A DNA stretch of 60,817 nucleotides from an uncultured bacterium (GCA_964449065.1 CAYVAZ010000001.1:1-60817), one strand, 5' to 3'; positions 36,755-46,709 are shown, counted from the first letter of the stretch. Program-made: numbers and translations. The notes: generated from the sequence alone by a model not told the origin.

Positions 36755-37207
36755 TTACGATTCCGTCGTAACGGTACTGCTCGTGTTTTTTATTGCCTGC
36801 AAAGCGGTTTTCCATCCTAACAGAGCGCATTTGATCCGTACAGGGAAATCTTTCACTCCAGACAATACCATTGCTTGCTCCAATTTTTCCGGATACTCAA
36901 CGTCTTTACCGCTTTTTAGTAAAGCCTCAAAGTCTTGAATGATGTTCTCAGCATCCCCGATGGTTTTGTCTTTAAGAATTTCACTCATGATCGAGGTTGA
37001 GGCCTTGCAAACCGCGCATCCTTTTCCGGTCCATTGCAGTGATGCGATCTTGCCTTCTGTTACGCGAATAAATATTTTGACATCGTCACCGCAAACCGGA
37101 TTATGACCTTGCGCGGTAAAATCCGGGTTTTGCAACTCTCCTACATTTCGAGGATTTTTATTGTGATCCAACACCGCTTCCCGGTAGAGTTCACTTAGTT
37201 TGGTCAT
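36755..37207 (-). CDS. sufU: SUF-type Fe-S cluster scaffold / sulfur acceptor SufU
   Basis: LYREAVLDHNKNPRN...NPVCGDD...GKGCAVCKAS is the SufU/NifU-N pattern. Confidence 0.88.
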   Translation of the reverse strand: MTKLSELYREAVLDHNKNPRNVGELQNPDFTAQGHNPVCGDDVKIFIRVTEGKIASLQWTGKGCAVCKASTSIMSEILKDKTIGDAENIIQDFEALLKSGKDVEYPEKLEQAMVLSGVKDFPVRIKCALLGWKTALQAIKNTSSTVTTES

Positions 37208-38466
37208 TCACCGAATACCCGTATGGCTTTATAAATTGCATTCACCAGCACATCGATTTCTTCTTTGGTATTGTACATCGCTAATGATGCCCGCGCGGTT
37301 GCTGTTACATTCATGCGGTGCATGAGCGGTTCGGCGCAATGATGGCCGGTACGGACAGCAACGCCTTCTTGGTCAACAATTGTTCCGATGTCATGAGGGT
37401 GAATGCCGTCGATGTTAAATGAAAGCACCGATGCTTTTTTGTTTGCTGTACCGATAAGTGTTAATTTCTCAATCGAGTTGAGGGCTTCGGTACCGTATTC
37501 CAAAAGATCATGCTCGTATGCTTGGATTTTCTCGATTCCAACGCTTTCCACATAATCGATTGCAGCGCCGAAGGCAATGGTATCGGCAATGTTGGGTGTA
37601 CCGGCTTCAAATTTATAGGGCAATTCGTTGTAGGTGGTTTTTTCAAACGATACGGAAGCGATCATATCGCCGCCACCCAAGAAGGGAGGCATATCATTCA
37701 GCAATTTTTCTTTTCCGTACAACACGCCGATACCGGTTGGCCCGAACATTTTGTGTGCGGAGAAGGTATAAAAATCGGCATCCAACGCTTGTACATCTAT
37801 CCGCACGTGGGGAGCCGCTTGCGCGCCGTCGATCAATACCGGCACGTTAAATTCATGCGCGGCATGGATCATTTCCTTAACCGGATTGATCGTGCCCAAA
37901 GCGTTAGAAACATGAACAAGCGAAACGAACTTGGTTTTTTCGTTTAAAAGGGCTTTGTATTCATCCAGCAGCACTTCACCGGCATCGTTGATGGGGGCAA
38001 TTTTTAATTTTGCCCCGGTGGATTCACAAACCATTTGCCAGGGAACGATGTTGGAGTGATGTTCCATCGCGGTGATGAGAACTTCATCGCCCTCTTTTAG
38101 GTTTGTCCCGCCGTAGCAGCGGGCGACCAAATTGATGGCTTCGGTTGTGTTGCGGGTGAAGATAATTTCGTGATCGTGTACCGCGTTAATGAAGCAGCGG
38201 GTTTTGCCGCGAACTTTTTCATATTCCGTCGTGGCGGTTTGGCTTAACAAATGTACACCGCGGTGAATGTTGGAGTTGTAATCTTGATAGTAGTTGATTA
38301 GCGAATCAATCACCATCTGCGGCTTTTGGGTGGTAGCCGCGTTATCCAAATACACCAACGGCTTGTTGTTTACCATGCGCTTTAGTACCGGAAAATCTTC
38401 CCGGATGTTATGCACATTGAACCCTTGCGTTGGTTTGGTTGGATTTATGGTTACAACAGTACTCAT
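37204..38466 (-). CDS. sufS: Cysteine desulfurase SufS
   Basis: Class V aminotransferase, group II: SNALGT, FSAHKMFGPTGIG (PLP-binding Lys), RTGHHCAEP (active-site Cys). Confidence 0.93.
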   Translation of the reverse strand: MSTVVTINPTKPTQGFNVHNIREDFPVLKRMVNNKPLVYLDNAATTQKPQMVIDSLINYYQDYNSNIHRGVHLLSQTATTEYEKVRGKTRCFINAVHDHEIIFTRNTTEAINLVARCYGGTNLKEGDEVLITAMEHHSNIVPWQMVCESTGAKLKIAPINDAGEVLLDEYKALLNEKTKFVSLVHVSNALGTINPVKEMIHAAHEFNVPVLIDGAQAAPHVRIDVQALDADFYTFSAHKMFGPTGIGVLYGKEKLLNDMPPFLGGGDMIASVSFEKTTYNELPYKFEAGTPNIADTIAFGAAIDYVESVGIEKIQAYEHDLLEYGTEALNSIEKLTLIGTANKKASVLSFNIDGIHPHDIGTIVDQEGVAVRTGHHCAEPLMHRMNVTATARASLAMYNTKEEIDVLVNAIYKAIRVFGE

Positions 38467-38468
38467 AT

Positions 38469-39800
38469 CTACTCCTTAAAAATATCCTGATTGGGCAACC
38501 GGCTGATGATTAACTGTTTCAAATCCGGATGAACTTCTTCGATGCCGATTTGATCGATAATTTCGTGCGCGAAGGCATAAATCAGCAGGCTTCGGGCTTT
38601 TTCTAAAGTAATCCCACGCGATTGCAAGTAAAAGATTTGTTCTTGATCCAAGCGGCCGATGGTTGCCCCATGTGAACATTTTACGTCGTCGGCATAAATT
38701 TCCAATTGTGGTCTGGTATTGATTTCCGCCGTGGGTGACAACAAAAGATTATTGTTGGATTGATACGCGTCGGTTTTTTGCGCGTCTTGATGCACATGAA
38801 ATTTGCCGCGGAAAACCGCTTGGGCATCATCGTTCAAAATGCCTTTATACAACTGATGGCTGTTGCAGTTTGGTTTTGTGTGTTCTACGGTTAACCGATG
38901 GTCTACAAGCTGTTTGTTATACGGCATATATAAACCGTTGAGCGTGCATTCAATATTTTCACCGTTCAGACTGGCTGAGTAATCGTTGCGGGCGATCTGG
39001 CTGCCGAATGCCAACGAGTGAGTTTTTAAAACAGCATTTTGTTCCGCATTGACTATGGTGTTGGCGATATGAAACGCCGCTTCGCTTTCGCGTTGAAATT
39101 TCACGTGTTCGATGTGCGCGTTTTCTGCGCATACAAACTCGGTGACGGCGTTGGTAAAGTATACGTCGTTTTTATCGCCGATATAACTTTCAACAATCTC
39201 AACTTGGCTGCTTTTGCCTGCTACAACCAGCACTCTGGGATGTGTAATGGTGGGTTGACCGTTGGATTTGGATGCAAAGACAACATGAATGGGTGTTTCA
39301 ACCACTGTGTTATGTGGGATAAACACAAACAATCCGTCTTGCATAAAAGCCGTATTTAACGATGCGAACGGCTGCTGTTCAAAACTGCCCAGCCTGGCGA
39401 AATAGGGTTCCAGTAAATCCGGCTGGTTATTCCAGGTATCACGCAGGCTGCCTATGACTACTCCTTCAGGCAGTTCTTTAAACGTTGAAAGTTCTTTTGA
39501 AAAATGGCCGTTGGCAAAGATTATTTTGGTTCCATGCCATTCTTGCAGAACGGTCTCTTTCAGATCGGAAGACGAAACCGCATCCGCTTCCGGAGATGAA
39601 AACTCTTGACCGACAATGGGTTTGATGTTGATCTCGCGCCAATCTTCATGTTTGGGTGTGGGAAAGCCCAACTCTTCAAAATGATCCATCGCTTGGCGGC
39701 GGATTTCTCCCAACCAAGTGGGTTCTTCCGCACTCACGGAATTTATAAATTGGTCAAAATCAGACCGGTATTTATTTGTTTGGGTTTTTACTTCAACCAT
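38469..39800 (-). CDS. sufD: Fe-S cluster assembly protein SufD
   Basis: C-terminal beta-helix pattern ...QLYKGIL.D.A..VF.G...V...AQKTDA.Q.N.NLLLS..AEI.T.P.LEI.ADDVKCSHGAT.G. Start taken at MVEVK (39800), just after the sufC stop. Confidence 0.9.
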   Translation of the reverse strand: MVEVKTQTNKYRSDFDQFINSVSAEEPTWLGEIRRQAMDHFEELGFPTPKHEDWREINIKPIVGQEFSSPEADAVSSSDLKETVLQEWHGTKIIFANGHFSKELSTFKELPEGVVIGSLRDTWNNQPDLLEPYFARLGSFEQQPFASLNTAFMQDGLFVFIPHNTVVETPIHVVFASKSNGQPTITHPRVLVVAGKSSQVEIVESYIGDKNDVYFTNAVTEFVCAENAHIEHVKFQRESEAAFHIANTIVNAEQNAVLKTHSLAFGSQIARNDYSASLNGENIECTLNGLYMPYNKQLVDHRLTVEHTKPNCNSHQLYKGILNDDAQAVFRGKFHVHQDAQKTDAYQSNNNLLLSPTAEINTRPQLEIYADDVKCSHGATIGRLDQEQIFYLQSRGITLEKARSLLIYAFAHEIIDQIGIEEVHPDLKQLIISRLPNQDIFKE

Positions 39801-39810
39801 GATAACTCCC

Positions 39811-40584
39811 TTACGCTGTGACAGCTTCTTGTTCTTCCAACCAGGCGTAGCCATCTTTCTCAACTTCGAGGGCTAGGCTGCGGTCGCCGGATTTCACGAT
39901 TTTTCCACCTGCGAGGATGTGGACATAATCCGGCACGATGTACTCAAGCAAACGCTGGTAGTGGGTAATGACGATGAAGGCGCGTTTGCCATCCCGCAAG
40001 GCATTTACTCCATCCGAAACAATTCGGAGAGCATCAACGTCCAAACCGGAATCGGTTTCGTCCAGAATAGCAAGTTTCGGATCGAGAACCGCCATCTGGA
40101 AGATTTCGTTGCGTTTCTTTTCGCCGCCGGAAAAACCGTCGTTCACCGGACGCTTTAGCAGTTTTGGATCCAATTTCACCATTTGCGCTTTTTCGCGGGA
40201 TAATTCAATAAACCCGGCCGCGTCAATTTCTTCTTGCCCGTGATATTTGCGTTTTGAGTTTAAAGCGGTTTTTAAAAAGTAGGTGTTGGATACACCCGGA
40301 ATCGCGACTGGATATTGGAATGCCATAAACACACCTTCGCAAGAGCGCTCATCCGGTTCCAGTTCCAATAAATCCTTGCCTTCAAATGTGACCGAACCTC
40401 CGGTTACCTCATAACTTTCATTTCCGGAAAGAACCTGCGCCAATGTGCTTTTGCCGGAACCGTTCGGCCCCATAATGGCGTGTACTTCGCCGGGATTAAC
40501 GGTTAGGTTGATCCCGTGTAGGATTTCAATGTCTTCTACAGTTGCTTTTAAGTCTTTGATTTCTAACATGAGTTTGTGCTCCAA
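39811..40584 (-). CDS. sufC: Fe-S cluster assembly ATPase SufC
   Basis: LEIKDL...GPNGSGKSTL...FSGGEKKRNEI.Q...LAILDETDSGLD. The internal ATG at 40569 is an alternative start. Confidence 0.94.
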   Translation of the reverse strand: MEHKLMLEIKDLKATVEDIEILHGINLTVNPGEVHAIMGPNGSGKSTLAQVLSGNESYEVTGGSVTFEGKDLLELEPDERSCEGVFMAFQYPVAIPGVSNTYFLKTALNSKRKYHGQEEIDAAGFIELSREKAQMVKLDPKLLKRPVNDGFSGGEKKRNEIFQMAVLDPKLAILDETDSGLDVDALRIVSDGVNALRDGKRAFIVITHYQRLLEYIVPDYVHILAGGKIVKSGDRSLALEVEKDGYAWLEEQEAVTA

Positions 40585-40637
40585 TAGAATAAATGTAAAT
40601 TGGTATCGTTTTGAGAACGCGGAGTTTGCGGATTGCG

Positions 40638-42086
40638 TTATCCGACGCTGCCTTCCAGGCTGACTTCAAGCAGTTTTTGTGCTTCGACGGCAAATTCCAT
40701 CGGCAGTTCGCGGAACACTTCTTTACAAAAGCCGTTCACAATCATGCTGACGGCGTCTTCTTCAGAAATTCCGCGCTGGTTGCAGTAAAAGATTTGATCT
40801 TCACCGATTTTGGATGTCGTCGCCTCGTGCTCGACTTGAGAGGTGTTGTTTTTGATATCGATATAAGGGAAAGTATGCGCGCCGCACCGGTCACCGAGCA
40901 GCATGGAGTCACACTGGGTGTAGTTTCGGGAGTTTTCCGCGCTTTTCAGCACTTTGACCAAACCGCGGTAGGTGTTTTGGCCTTTGCCGGCTGAAATCCC
41001 TTTGGATACGATATTGCTGCGGGTATTTTTACCGATGTGAACCATCTTGGTTCCGGTATCGGCCTGCTGGTAGTTGTTGGTCAACGCAACGGAATAAAAC
41101 TCACCAACGGAATTGTCTCCCTGCAAGATGCAGCTGGGGTATTTCCAGGTGATGGCGGAGCCGGTTTCAACCTGCGTCCAAGAAATTTTGGAGCGCTCAC
41201 CGGCGCATTTGCCGCGTTTGGTAACAAAGTTATAAATACCACCCTTGCCGTTTTCATCACCGGGGAACCAGTTTTGAACGGTGGAGTATTTGATGGTGGC
41301 ATCTTTATGCGCGAATAATTCAACCACCGCGGCGTGTAATTGGTTTTCGTCGCGCATGGGGGCGGTGCAGCCTTCAAGATAGCTCACGTAAGAGCCTTCT
41401 TCAGCGACGATTAAGGTGCGCTCAAACTGGCCGGTATTTGCTTCATTGATGCGGAAGTAGGTGGACAATTCCATCGGGCAGCGCACGCCTTTTGGAATGT
41501 ACACGAAAGAACCGTCGGTAAACACGGCAGAGTTCAACGTGGCGAAGAAGTTATCGGAATACGGAACAACAGAGCCTAAATATTTTTCCACGATGTCTGG
41601 ATAGTCTCTTGCCGCTTCAGAGAACGAGCAGAAGACGATACCCAAATCATGCAGCTTATCTTTAAAGGTTGTTGCGACAGATACACTGTCAAACACCGCG
41701 TCTACCGCTACAACACCTGCCAGCAACTCTTGTTCTTTCAAGGGAATCCCCAGTTTTTCGTAGGTTTCCAACAGTTTCGGGTCAACTTCATTCAAGCTTT
41801 TGGGCCCGTCGGTGTCTTTTTTGGGCGCGGAGTAGTAGCTGATGGCTTGGAAATCCGGCTTGGAATAATGCACATGCGGCCATTCCGGATAATCCATCTT
41901 TTGCCAATGACGATATGCCTTTAACCGGAAGTTTAACAAAAATTCCGGTTCTTCTTTTTTGGCGGAAATGAATCGAATGATATCCTCATTTAAACCGGGG
42001 GGTACAGTATCAGACTCAATATCGGTCACAAAACCGTATTGATATTCTTTCATTACGTCATGAAATGTTTCTGTTGCAGTAGCCAT
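40638..42086 (-). CDS. sufB: Fe-S cluster assembly protein SufB
   Basis: 482 aa with highly conserved SufB blocks ([45 protein letters not shown]). GGAGAC lies upstream of the ATG. Confidence 0.95.
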   Translation of the reverse strand: MATATETFHDVMKEYQYGFVTDIESDTVPPGLNEDIIRFISAKKEEPEFLLNFRLKAYRHWQKMDYPEWPHVHYSKPDFQAISYYSAPKKDTDGPKSLNEVDPKLLETYEKLGIPLKEQELLAGVVAVDAVFDSVSVATTFKDKLHDLGIVFCSFSEAARDYPDIVEKYLGSVVPYSDNFFATLNSAVFTDGSFVYIPKGVRCPMELSTYFRINEANTGQFERTLIVAEEGSYVSYLEGCTAPMRDENQLHAAVVELFAHKDATIKYSTVQNWFPGDENGKGGIYNFVTKRGKCAGERSKISWTQVETGSAITWKYPSCILQGDNSVGEFYSVALTNNYQQADTGTKMVHIGKNTRSNIVSKGISAGKGQNTYRGLVKVLKSAENSRNYTQCDSMLLGDRCGAHTFPYIDIKNNTSQVEHEATTSKIGEDQIFYCNQRGISEEDAVSMIVNGFCKEVFRELPMEFAVEAQKLLEVSLEGSVG

Positions 42087-42134
42087 AAAAACGTCTCCAA
42101 TAGATAAAAATCAAGAGAAATAATTTCAAACATT

Positions 42135-42162
42135 AGTATATAGAAATAGTTGACGTTGTCAA
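42135..42162 (-). promoter_or_regulatory. Probable sigma70-type promoter of the suf operon
   Basis: The minus strand reads TTGACA (42162-42157)-N16-TATACT (42140-42135), about 50 nt upstream of sufB. The -35 lies inside TTGACAACGTCAA (5-bp inverted arms). A CCAAAAT-N11-ATTTTGG inverted repeat lies just upstream (42167-42191). Confidence 0.5.
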
Positions 42163-42240
42163 GTATCCAAAATAAAAATATGATATTTTGGGTAGGGTTA
42201 TGGAATAAAGATAGAATAATGAGGAAGTTATGCAAGTGAA

Positions 42241-43305
42241 TTACTTATCATCGATTTTCGAAAGTGTTTTTCCCATCAGTTTTGGCGATAAATCCCCAAC
42301 GGCAGAGATGCGCAATCCATCTATATCCCGAAAATAAAGCCAAGAACTGTGTTTTTTGAAGCGGTGAACAATACATTTTTTTGACGGCTTTTTTTCGTTA
42401 TCCCGTGTTTTATTGTTTTCGATTTCATCTTCATCTAATTTTCGTTGATAAATAGATATACGGGCAAATCCATCTGAGAATATATCGTGTTTGGTAATCC
42501 CGTGTCTGCCTTTCCAAGTATCGCTGTGTAAGAGTTCAAAACCTATCGGCAGCCATTGTAATTGATAGGTCATAAAATCGGGTTGAATGTCCGGTGCGGA
42601 ATTTTTTTCACCGAACGTGTGGATATTTTTAAGATTTTCCAGAGAAAACACCGATGGGGAGAGTGCAGCATTAATCGTTAAGTTGGTGAACACAAAAGAT
42701 TCATCCAATTCTTGGTTGTAATCGTACCGTTTACATTGTTTTTGCACGTTTGTTTCGAAGTCAAAATATGCTTTCATGGAAGGGCGGTCATCATGATAGG
42801 GTTTTAAATGAACTGAAAGCATTTTTTCTTCATTGATATGATCAACGCCGGAATGAATGGCGTAATTATTCACCACAAGATTTTCTTCTCCTATTTCGAA
42901 CGAGGCTTGGAAGAATAGTGGATGGTTTTCATCCAGAAGCCGGTGCCAAGGAAACGGTTTCATCTCTTGAATGACTTTATCCCGTTTTTCATCCGTTAAG
43001 GGCGTGACCCATATCCCTTTGGGAGTGCGGATGACAATATTTCCTTCGACAATTTTCGGTTTAAGAAAGACGAGTTTGGTCGCGGTATCAGGCTTGTGAT
43101 GAATGGTAAATTCTGCTGTCCAGATTTCATCAAAAACGTTCTTTTGAAATTCCATCGTTCCTTGAAAGGAAGTTTGCTGTGTGACACGAATCGCGTTTTT
43201 TAATGTATCAAAAGCATCACCGGCAAAAGAAGACGTTCCAATGCAGATCAACACAAGAAAAATAGATAGGAAACTATGTGGATTTAAAACGGTAGATTTT
43301 AACAT
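42241..43305 (-). CDS. RseB/MucB-like sigma-E regulatory protein
   Basis: Signal peptide, LolA-like N-terminal half and a C-terminal block WLPIGFELL......H.IFSDGFARISIYQ......LRISAVGDLSPKLMGKTLSKI resembling MucB_RseB_C. Follows the anti-sigma gene with a 7-nt overlap. Confidence 0.6.
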   Translation of the reverse strand: MLKSTVLNPHSFLSIFLVLICIGTSSFAGDAFDTLKNAIRVTQQTSFQGTMEFQKNVFDEIWTAEFTIHHKPDTATKLVFLKPKIVEGNIVIRTPKGIWVTPLTDEKRDKVIQEMKPFPWHRLLDENHPLFFQASFEIGEENLVVNNYAIHSGVDHINEEKMLSVHLKPYHDDRPSMKAYFDFETNVQKQCKRYDYNQELDESFVFTNLTINAALSPSVFSLENLKNIHTFGEKNSAPDIQPDFMTYQLQWLPIGFELLHSDTWKGRHGITKHDIFSDGFARISIYQRKLDEDEIENNKTRDNEKKPSKKCIVHRFKKHSSWLYFRDIDGLRISAVGDLSPKLMGKTLSKIDDK

Positions 43306-43808
43306 TCTTCATCGGTCATTGAATTGGATTTTTCCGGATAAAAAGCCAATAGAGCCTCTTCTGTAATGGGGTTATCCTGAATGATTTCATGATTCGCGAA
43401 ATAAACACCGGCTTCAACCGAAAAACTGTTATCTTCTGAAACGTCGACAATTTGAAAGTCTTGTTCATAGTTGACTTGTATATACCACATGGAAACGATC
43501 AAAGTGGCAAGAATTGAAACCGCCGCAAATTTTGCTGGAGAAAATAGATCTTGCAACCACAACTGCCAAGCGGGTTTTCTGTGTGTTTGTTGAATCTCCG
43601 AGCGGATTGTTGCCCAGACGCGGGATGGCGGATCATAGCAAGGCATCTGTTGCAATTGATTGATAAGAGCCGTTTGCCGTTTCAATGCATCTGCCCATTC
43701 GGCATTTTCAGCCAGTTGCGATTGAATCCAAGCGGATTCTTTCTCTGTGACTTCATTGTGAATGTAGCGAACGATTAAATCGATGTCCGGCTTTTTGCTG
43801 GGTTTCAT
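43299..43808 (-). CDS. Putative anti-sigma factor (single-pass membrane protein)
   Basis: Position between the ECF sigma and RseB-like genes. Cytoplasmic N-terminal ~75 aa, then the TM helix FAAVSILATLIVSMWYI. No zf-HC2 cysteines. Confidence 0.55.
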   Translation of the reverse strand: MKPSKKPDIDLIVRYIHNEVTEKESAWIQSQLAENAEWADALKRQTALINQLQQMPCYDPPSRVWATIRSEIQQTHRKPAWQLWLQDLFSPAKFAAVSILATLIVSMWYIQVNYEQDFQIVDVSEDNSFSVEAGVYFANHEIIQDNPITEEALLAFYPEKSNSMTDEEC

Positions 43809-43900
43809 TTGTTTCTCCGTTCCAGATTCTGGAACATCATACTAAAACTCTATAGAATTGCTAAGTCAATGTGAATTATAACGGGGAAGTCCCTTTTTGA

Positions 43901-44488
43901 CTATGAAAGAAGTTCCCGTGCTTTTTCTTCTAAAATTTTGTGGGCCCGGTTTAGCCTTGATTTTACCGTTCCAATTCTGCATTGCAGTACATCCGCTATC
44001 TCTTCGTAACTCATCATGTTTCCATAACGCAAATGCAAAATACTGGAATGTTTTGGATTCAACGTTCCGATAATTTTTTCGAGGATTTCTTGTTTTTCCG
44101 ATTGTATTGCCGTTTGCGATGGTATCGGATTTGGATCTTCCGCCTCAAAAATCTGTCCCCCTTCGTTGCTTTCCGGTATCGGTACTGTATTAACGAAATG
44201 CTTTTTGTTTTTCCGGAAGTAATCCGCGACCCGTCGGGAGGTGATTCTGTATAACCAAGTTGTAAACGCGGATTGAAACTCAAACCGGTGAATGTTTTTA
44301 TAAACGGATATAAATACCTCTTGTGTAACCTCTTCCGCAATATCCGGTGAATTCACCATCCGCATCGCCATGGTGAATACATCGCGGCTGAAATGATGAT
44401 AGATCACTTCAAACGCCACCAAATCCCCAGTTTTTGCTTGGGAAATAAGGCGTTGAATTTCCTCTGTTTTGGTAGATTGATCTACCAT
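43901..44488 (-). CDS. ECF-type RNA polymerase sigma factor
   Basis: Region 2 (FEVIYHHFSRDVFTMAMRMVNSPDIAEEVTQEVFISVYKN..F) and region 4 (LRYGNMMSYEEIADVLQCRIGTVKSRLNRA), 195 aa. Confidence 0.9.
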   Translation of the reverse strand: MVDQSTKTEEIQRLISQAKTGDLVAFEVIYHHFSRDVFTMAMRMVNSPDIAEEVTQEVFISVYKNIHRFEFQSAFTTWLYRITSRRVADYFRKNKKHFVNTVPIPESNEGGQIFEAEDPNPIPSQTAIQSEKQEILEKIIGTLNPKHSSILHLRYGNMMSYEEIADVLQCRIGTVKSRLNRAHKILEEKARELLS

Positions 44489-44507
44489 GTTTGTCTCTAA
44501 TAAATCA

Positions 44508-44533
44508 GTCGAATTTAGTTCGAGAAATGTTCC
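44508..44533 (-). promoter_or_regulatory. Possible ECF-type autoregulatory promoter
   Basis: The minus strand reads GGAAC-N17-CGAC ending about 20 nt upstream of the sigma-factor ATG. Motif-level resemblance only. Confidence 0.3.
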
Positions 44534-44823
44534 TAGATGAAACCATTTCTCTTTTTTTAATGAATAACGATTCTTATCGTATATTAGTATGAAATCATTA
44601 TTAAAAACATAGTTAACACTTTTATTTTTGTTCTTTTCAATATCTTGATTTTATTCACAAGCAATACACAACATATTGTTAGATTATATTTAGTGTAATA
44701 TACTGTTAAACTATGACTTACGGTTTGACCGGCATTATTTTATTCACAGGATAATCATCTTAACCAATTGAATCGTATAGAAATAGATTCCCGCTGGTAC
44801 AATTGATTGAAATATGGAGCGGT

Positions 44824-45702
44824 ATGGATAAAAACAAACCCATAGGAATATTTGATTCCGGCATTGGCGGACTAACTGTTGTCAGCGCAGTGCAGAAGTT
44901 ACTGCCAAAGGAAACGCTGTGCTATTTTGGAGATACGGCAAGAGTTCCCTATGGTACCAAATCAGCGGAAACGGTGGTTCGTTATAGTGAAGAAATAACG
45001 GATTTTTTAAAAAGCCATGATGTCAAGCTGATTTTGGTTGCCTGCAATACCGCTTCTTCTGTTGCTCTTCAACCGATTGCCAACCGGTTTCCCGGACCTG
45101 TCATTGGGGTGGTGGAACCGGGAGTAAAATCCGCGGTCAAAGCAACCCGCAACCGGCGAATCGGTGTTATCGGGACCAAGAGTACGATAAACAGCGGTTC
45201 TTATCAAACCACTCTAAAACGGTACCTGCCGGATGTGAATGTCTATTCGCAGCCATGCCCGTTATTTGTGCCGCTTGCGGAAGAAGGGTGGCACGACGGC
45301 AAAGAAGCACATGGAATTGCAGAACATTATTTGCAGCCATTGATGGAAAAGGAAATTGACACCCTTATTTTAGGGTGTACCCACTACCCTTTGCTGCAAG
45401 AAATGATTCAGACGGTCGTGGGCGATGATGTGACATTGATCAATTCCGCAGAAGAAGCAGCGAACGAGGTCAAGAAGGTGTTATCCGAAGAAAATGGTTT
45501 GAGTGATGAAAAACGGTGGAAAGACTTATTTTATGCTTCGGATGATATTGCCCAATTTAAGCATCTGTGCGGGCGAATATGCCCGGAAGGGGAGCATGTG
45601 TTCTTGGAAGTCAATGCGGATTTTTTCACGGTGGTGCAGAAGATTCATTGTGTCGGGTCAACCCGGCTGCAAGAAGGCATTCAGTGGTTTGAGGAAATGT
45701 AA
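44824..45702 (+). CDS. murI: Glutamate racemase
   Basis: IGIFDSGIGGLTV, ...LVACNTAS... and ...LGCTHYP... give both catalytic Cys contexts. Start taken at MDKNKP. Confidence 0.92.
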   Translation: MDKNKPIGIFDSGIGGLTVVSAVQKLLPKETLCYFGDTARVPYGTKSAETVVRYSEEITDFLKSHDVKLILVACNTASSVALQPIANRFPGPVIGVVEPGVKSAVKATRNRRIGVIGTKSTINSGSYQTTLKRYLPDVNVYSQPCPLFVPLAEEGWHDGKEAHGIAEHYLQPLMEKEIDTLILGCTHYPLLQEMIQTVVGDDVTLINSAEEAANEVKKVLSEENGLSDEKRWKDLFYASDDIAQFKHLCGRICPEGEHVFLEVNADFFTVVQKIHCVGSTRLQEGIQWFEEM

Positions 45703-45709
45703 TATCTGT

Positions 45710-46060
45710 CTAAATCGGTAAATAATAGATTCGGTTCATCCATTCTTCTGGATCACTTACAGTCCAAATCAAAATCAGGTCTTCGACAATTCTTATGGTG
45801 GGTATCGTTTTAGGGATGATCAAAACTCCAGGGCTTGGGTGGGTAATTATAAATTCAGCGAAGTGATGAGGCATTGTTTTGCGATCATGAGTAACGAGCA
45901 CTCTTCCTGCTTCAGATGCTTTTGTTAAAACTTCTTCATCATTTAATCCTGAGAGATTAGCCGCATGAACTGTTTGAAAGTCTACAGTTGGTTCCCTGCG
46001 TAAAATGGCTTTAACAATGATATGGTTCAAATCGGCATCGGCTTGAAAACGGATTTTCAT
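45710..46060 (-). CDS. DUF5615-family (PIN-like) putative toxin
   Basis: MKIRFQADADLN..IV.A.....TVDF.......L.GL.DEEVL..A...GRVLVTHD is the DUF5615 pattern, directly downstream of a DUF433 gene. The alternative ATG 46087 abuts the DUF433 stop. Confidence 0.7.
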   Translation of the reverse strand: MKIRFQADADLNHIIVKAILRREPTVDFQTVHAANLSGLNDEEVLTKASEAGRVLVTHDRKTMPHHFAEFIITHPSPGVLIIPKTIPTIRIVEDLILIWTVSDPEEWMNRIYYLPI

Positions 46061-46087
46061 GAATGGGTCACTGAATTTTGTCTGCAT

Positions 46088-46393
46088 TTAGTCTGCATTT
46101 TGTCTGCGCGCTTCCATCAATCTTTTTGAAAATGATGGATCATTTGTTGCATTTCGCTGGTATTCGTACTTTGATTCATCCTCCTTTAAATATGTGTCTA
46201 TTTCATCTCGATGACGTAAATAGTAGGCAATTGCACCATAGACTTGTTCTAGATTCAATACCGGAAAACAATCTGAGACTATGGATTCTGGGGATAGACC
46301 TTCCCAAAATGCGTAAACAATAGAATCCAGCGAGACACGAGTTCCTGTGATCCGGTAATTTCCATTATGGTTTTCGATATATTGTGTTTCCAT
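46088..46393 (-). CDS. DUF433-family putative antitoxin
   Basis: YRITGTRVSLDSIVYAFWEGLSPESIVSDCFPVLNLEQVYGAIAYYLRHRDEID is the DUF433 pattern. Start taken at METQY (46393), just after the spoVG stop. Confidence 0.75.
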   Translation of the reverse strand: METQYIENHNGNYRITGTRVSLDSIVYAFWEGLSPESIVSDCFPVLNLEQVYGAIAYYLRHRDEIDTYLKEDESKYEYQRNATNDPSFSKRLMEARRQNAD

Positions 46394-46397
46394 AATG

Positions 46398-46709
46398 TTA
46401 AGAACTTTCATTATAATCAGAATCCGAAACGCTGTCATCCGGCTGAAATTCTTCGGACACTTTTTGGAACTCTTCTAAAACACGGGATTCCATTTTTTGA
46501 CGCATACCGGCATTCAGGGGGTGGGCGATATCGGCATAGGTACCATCGCTCTTTTTGCGGCTGGGCATGGCGACAAAGAGACCACTGTTTCCGTGAATGA
46601 CTTTTAGATCGCGAATGACAAAGCAATCATCCAGCACGATGGTCACAAAGGCTTTGAGTTTATCGTCTTTTTTGCGAACAGGATAAACTTTGACTTCGGT
46701 GATTTCCAT
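46398..46709 (-). CDS. spoVG: Septation/regulatory protein SpoVG
   Basis: MEITEVKVYPVRKKDDKLKAFVTIVLDDCFVIRDLKVIHGNSGLFVAMPSRK..DG...DIAHPLN is near-canonical SpoVG. Confidence 0.94.
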   Translation of the reverse strand: MEITEVKVYPVRKKDDKLKAFVTIVLDDCFVIRDLKVIHGNSGLFVAMPSRKKSDGTYADIAHPLNAGMRQKMESRVLEEFQKVSEEFQPDDSVSDSDYNESS

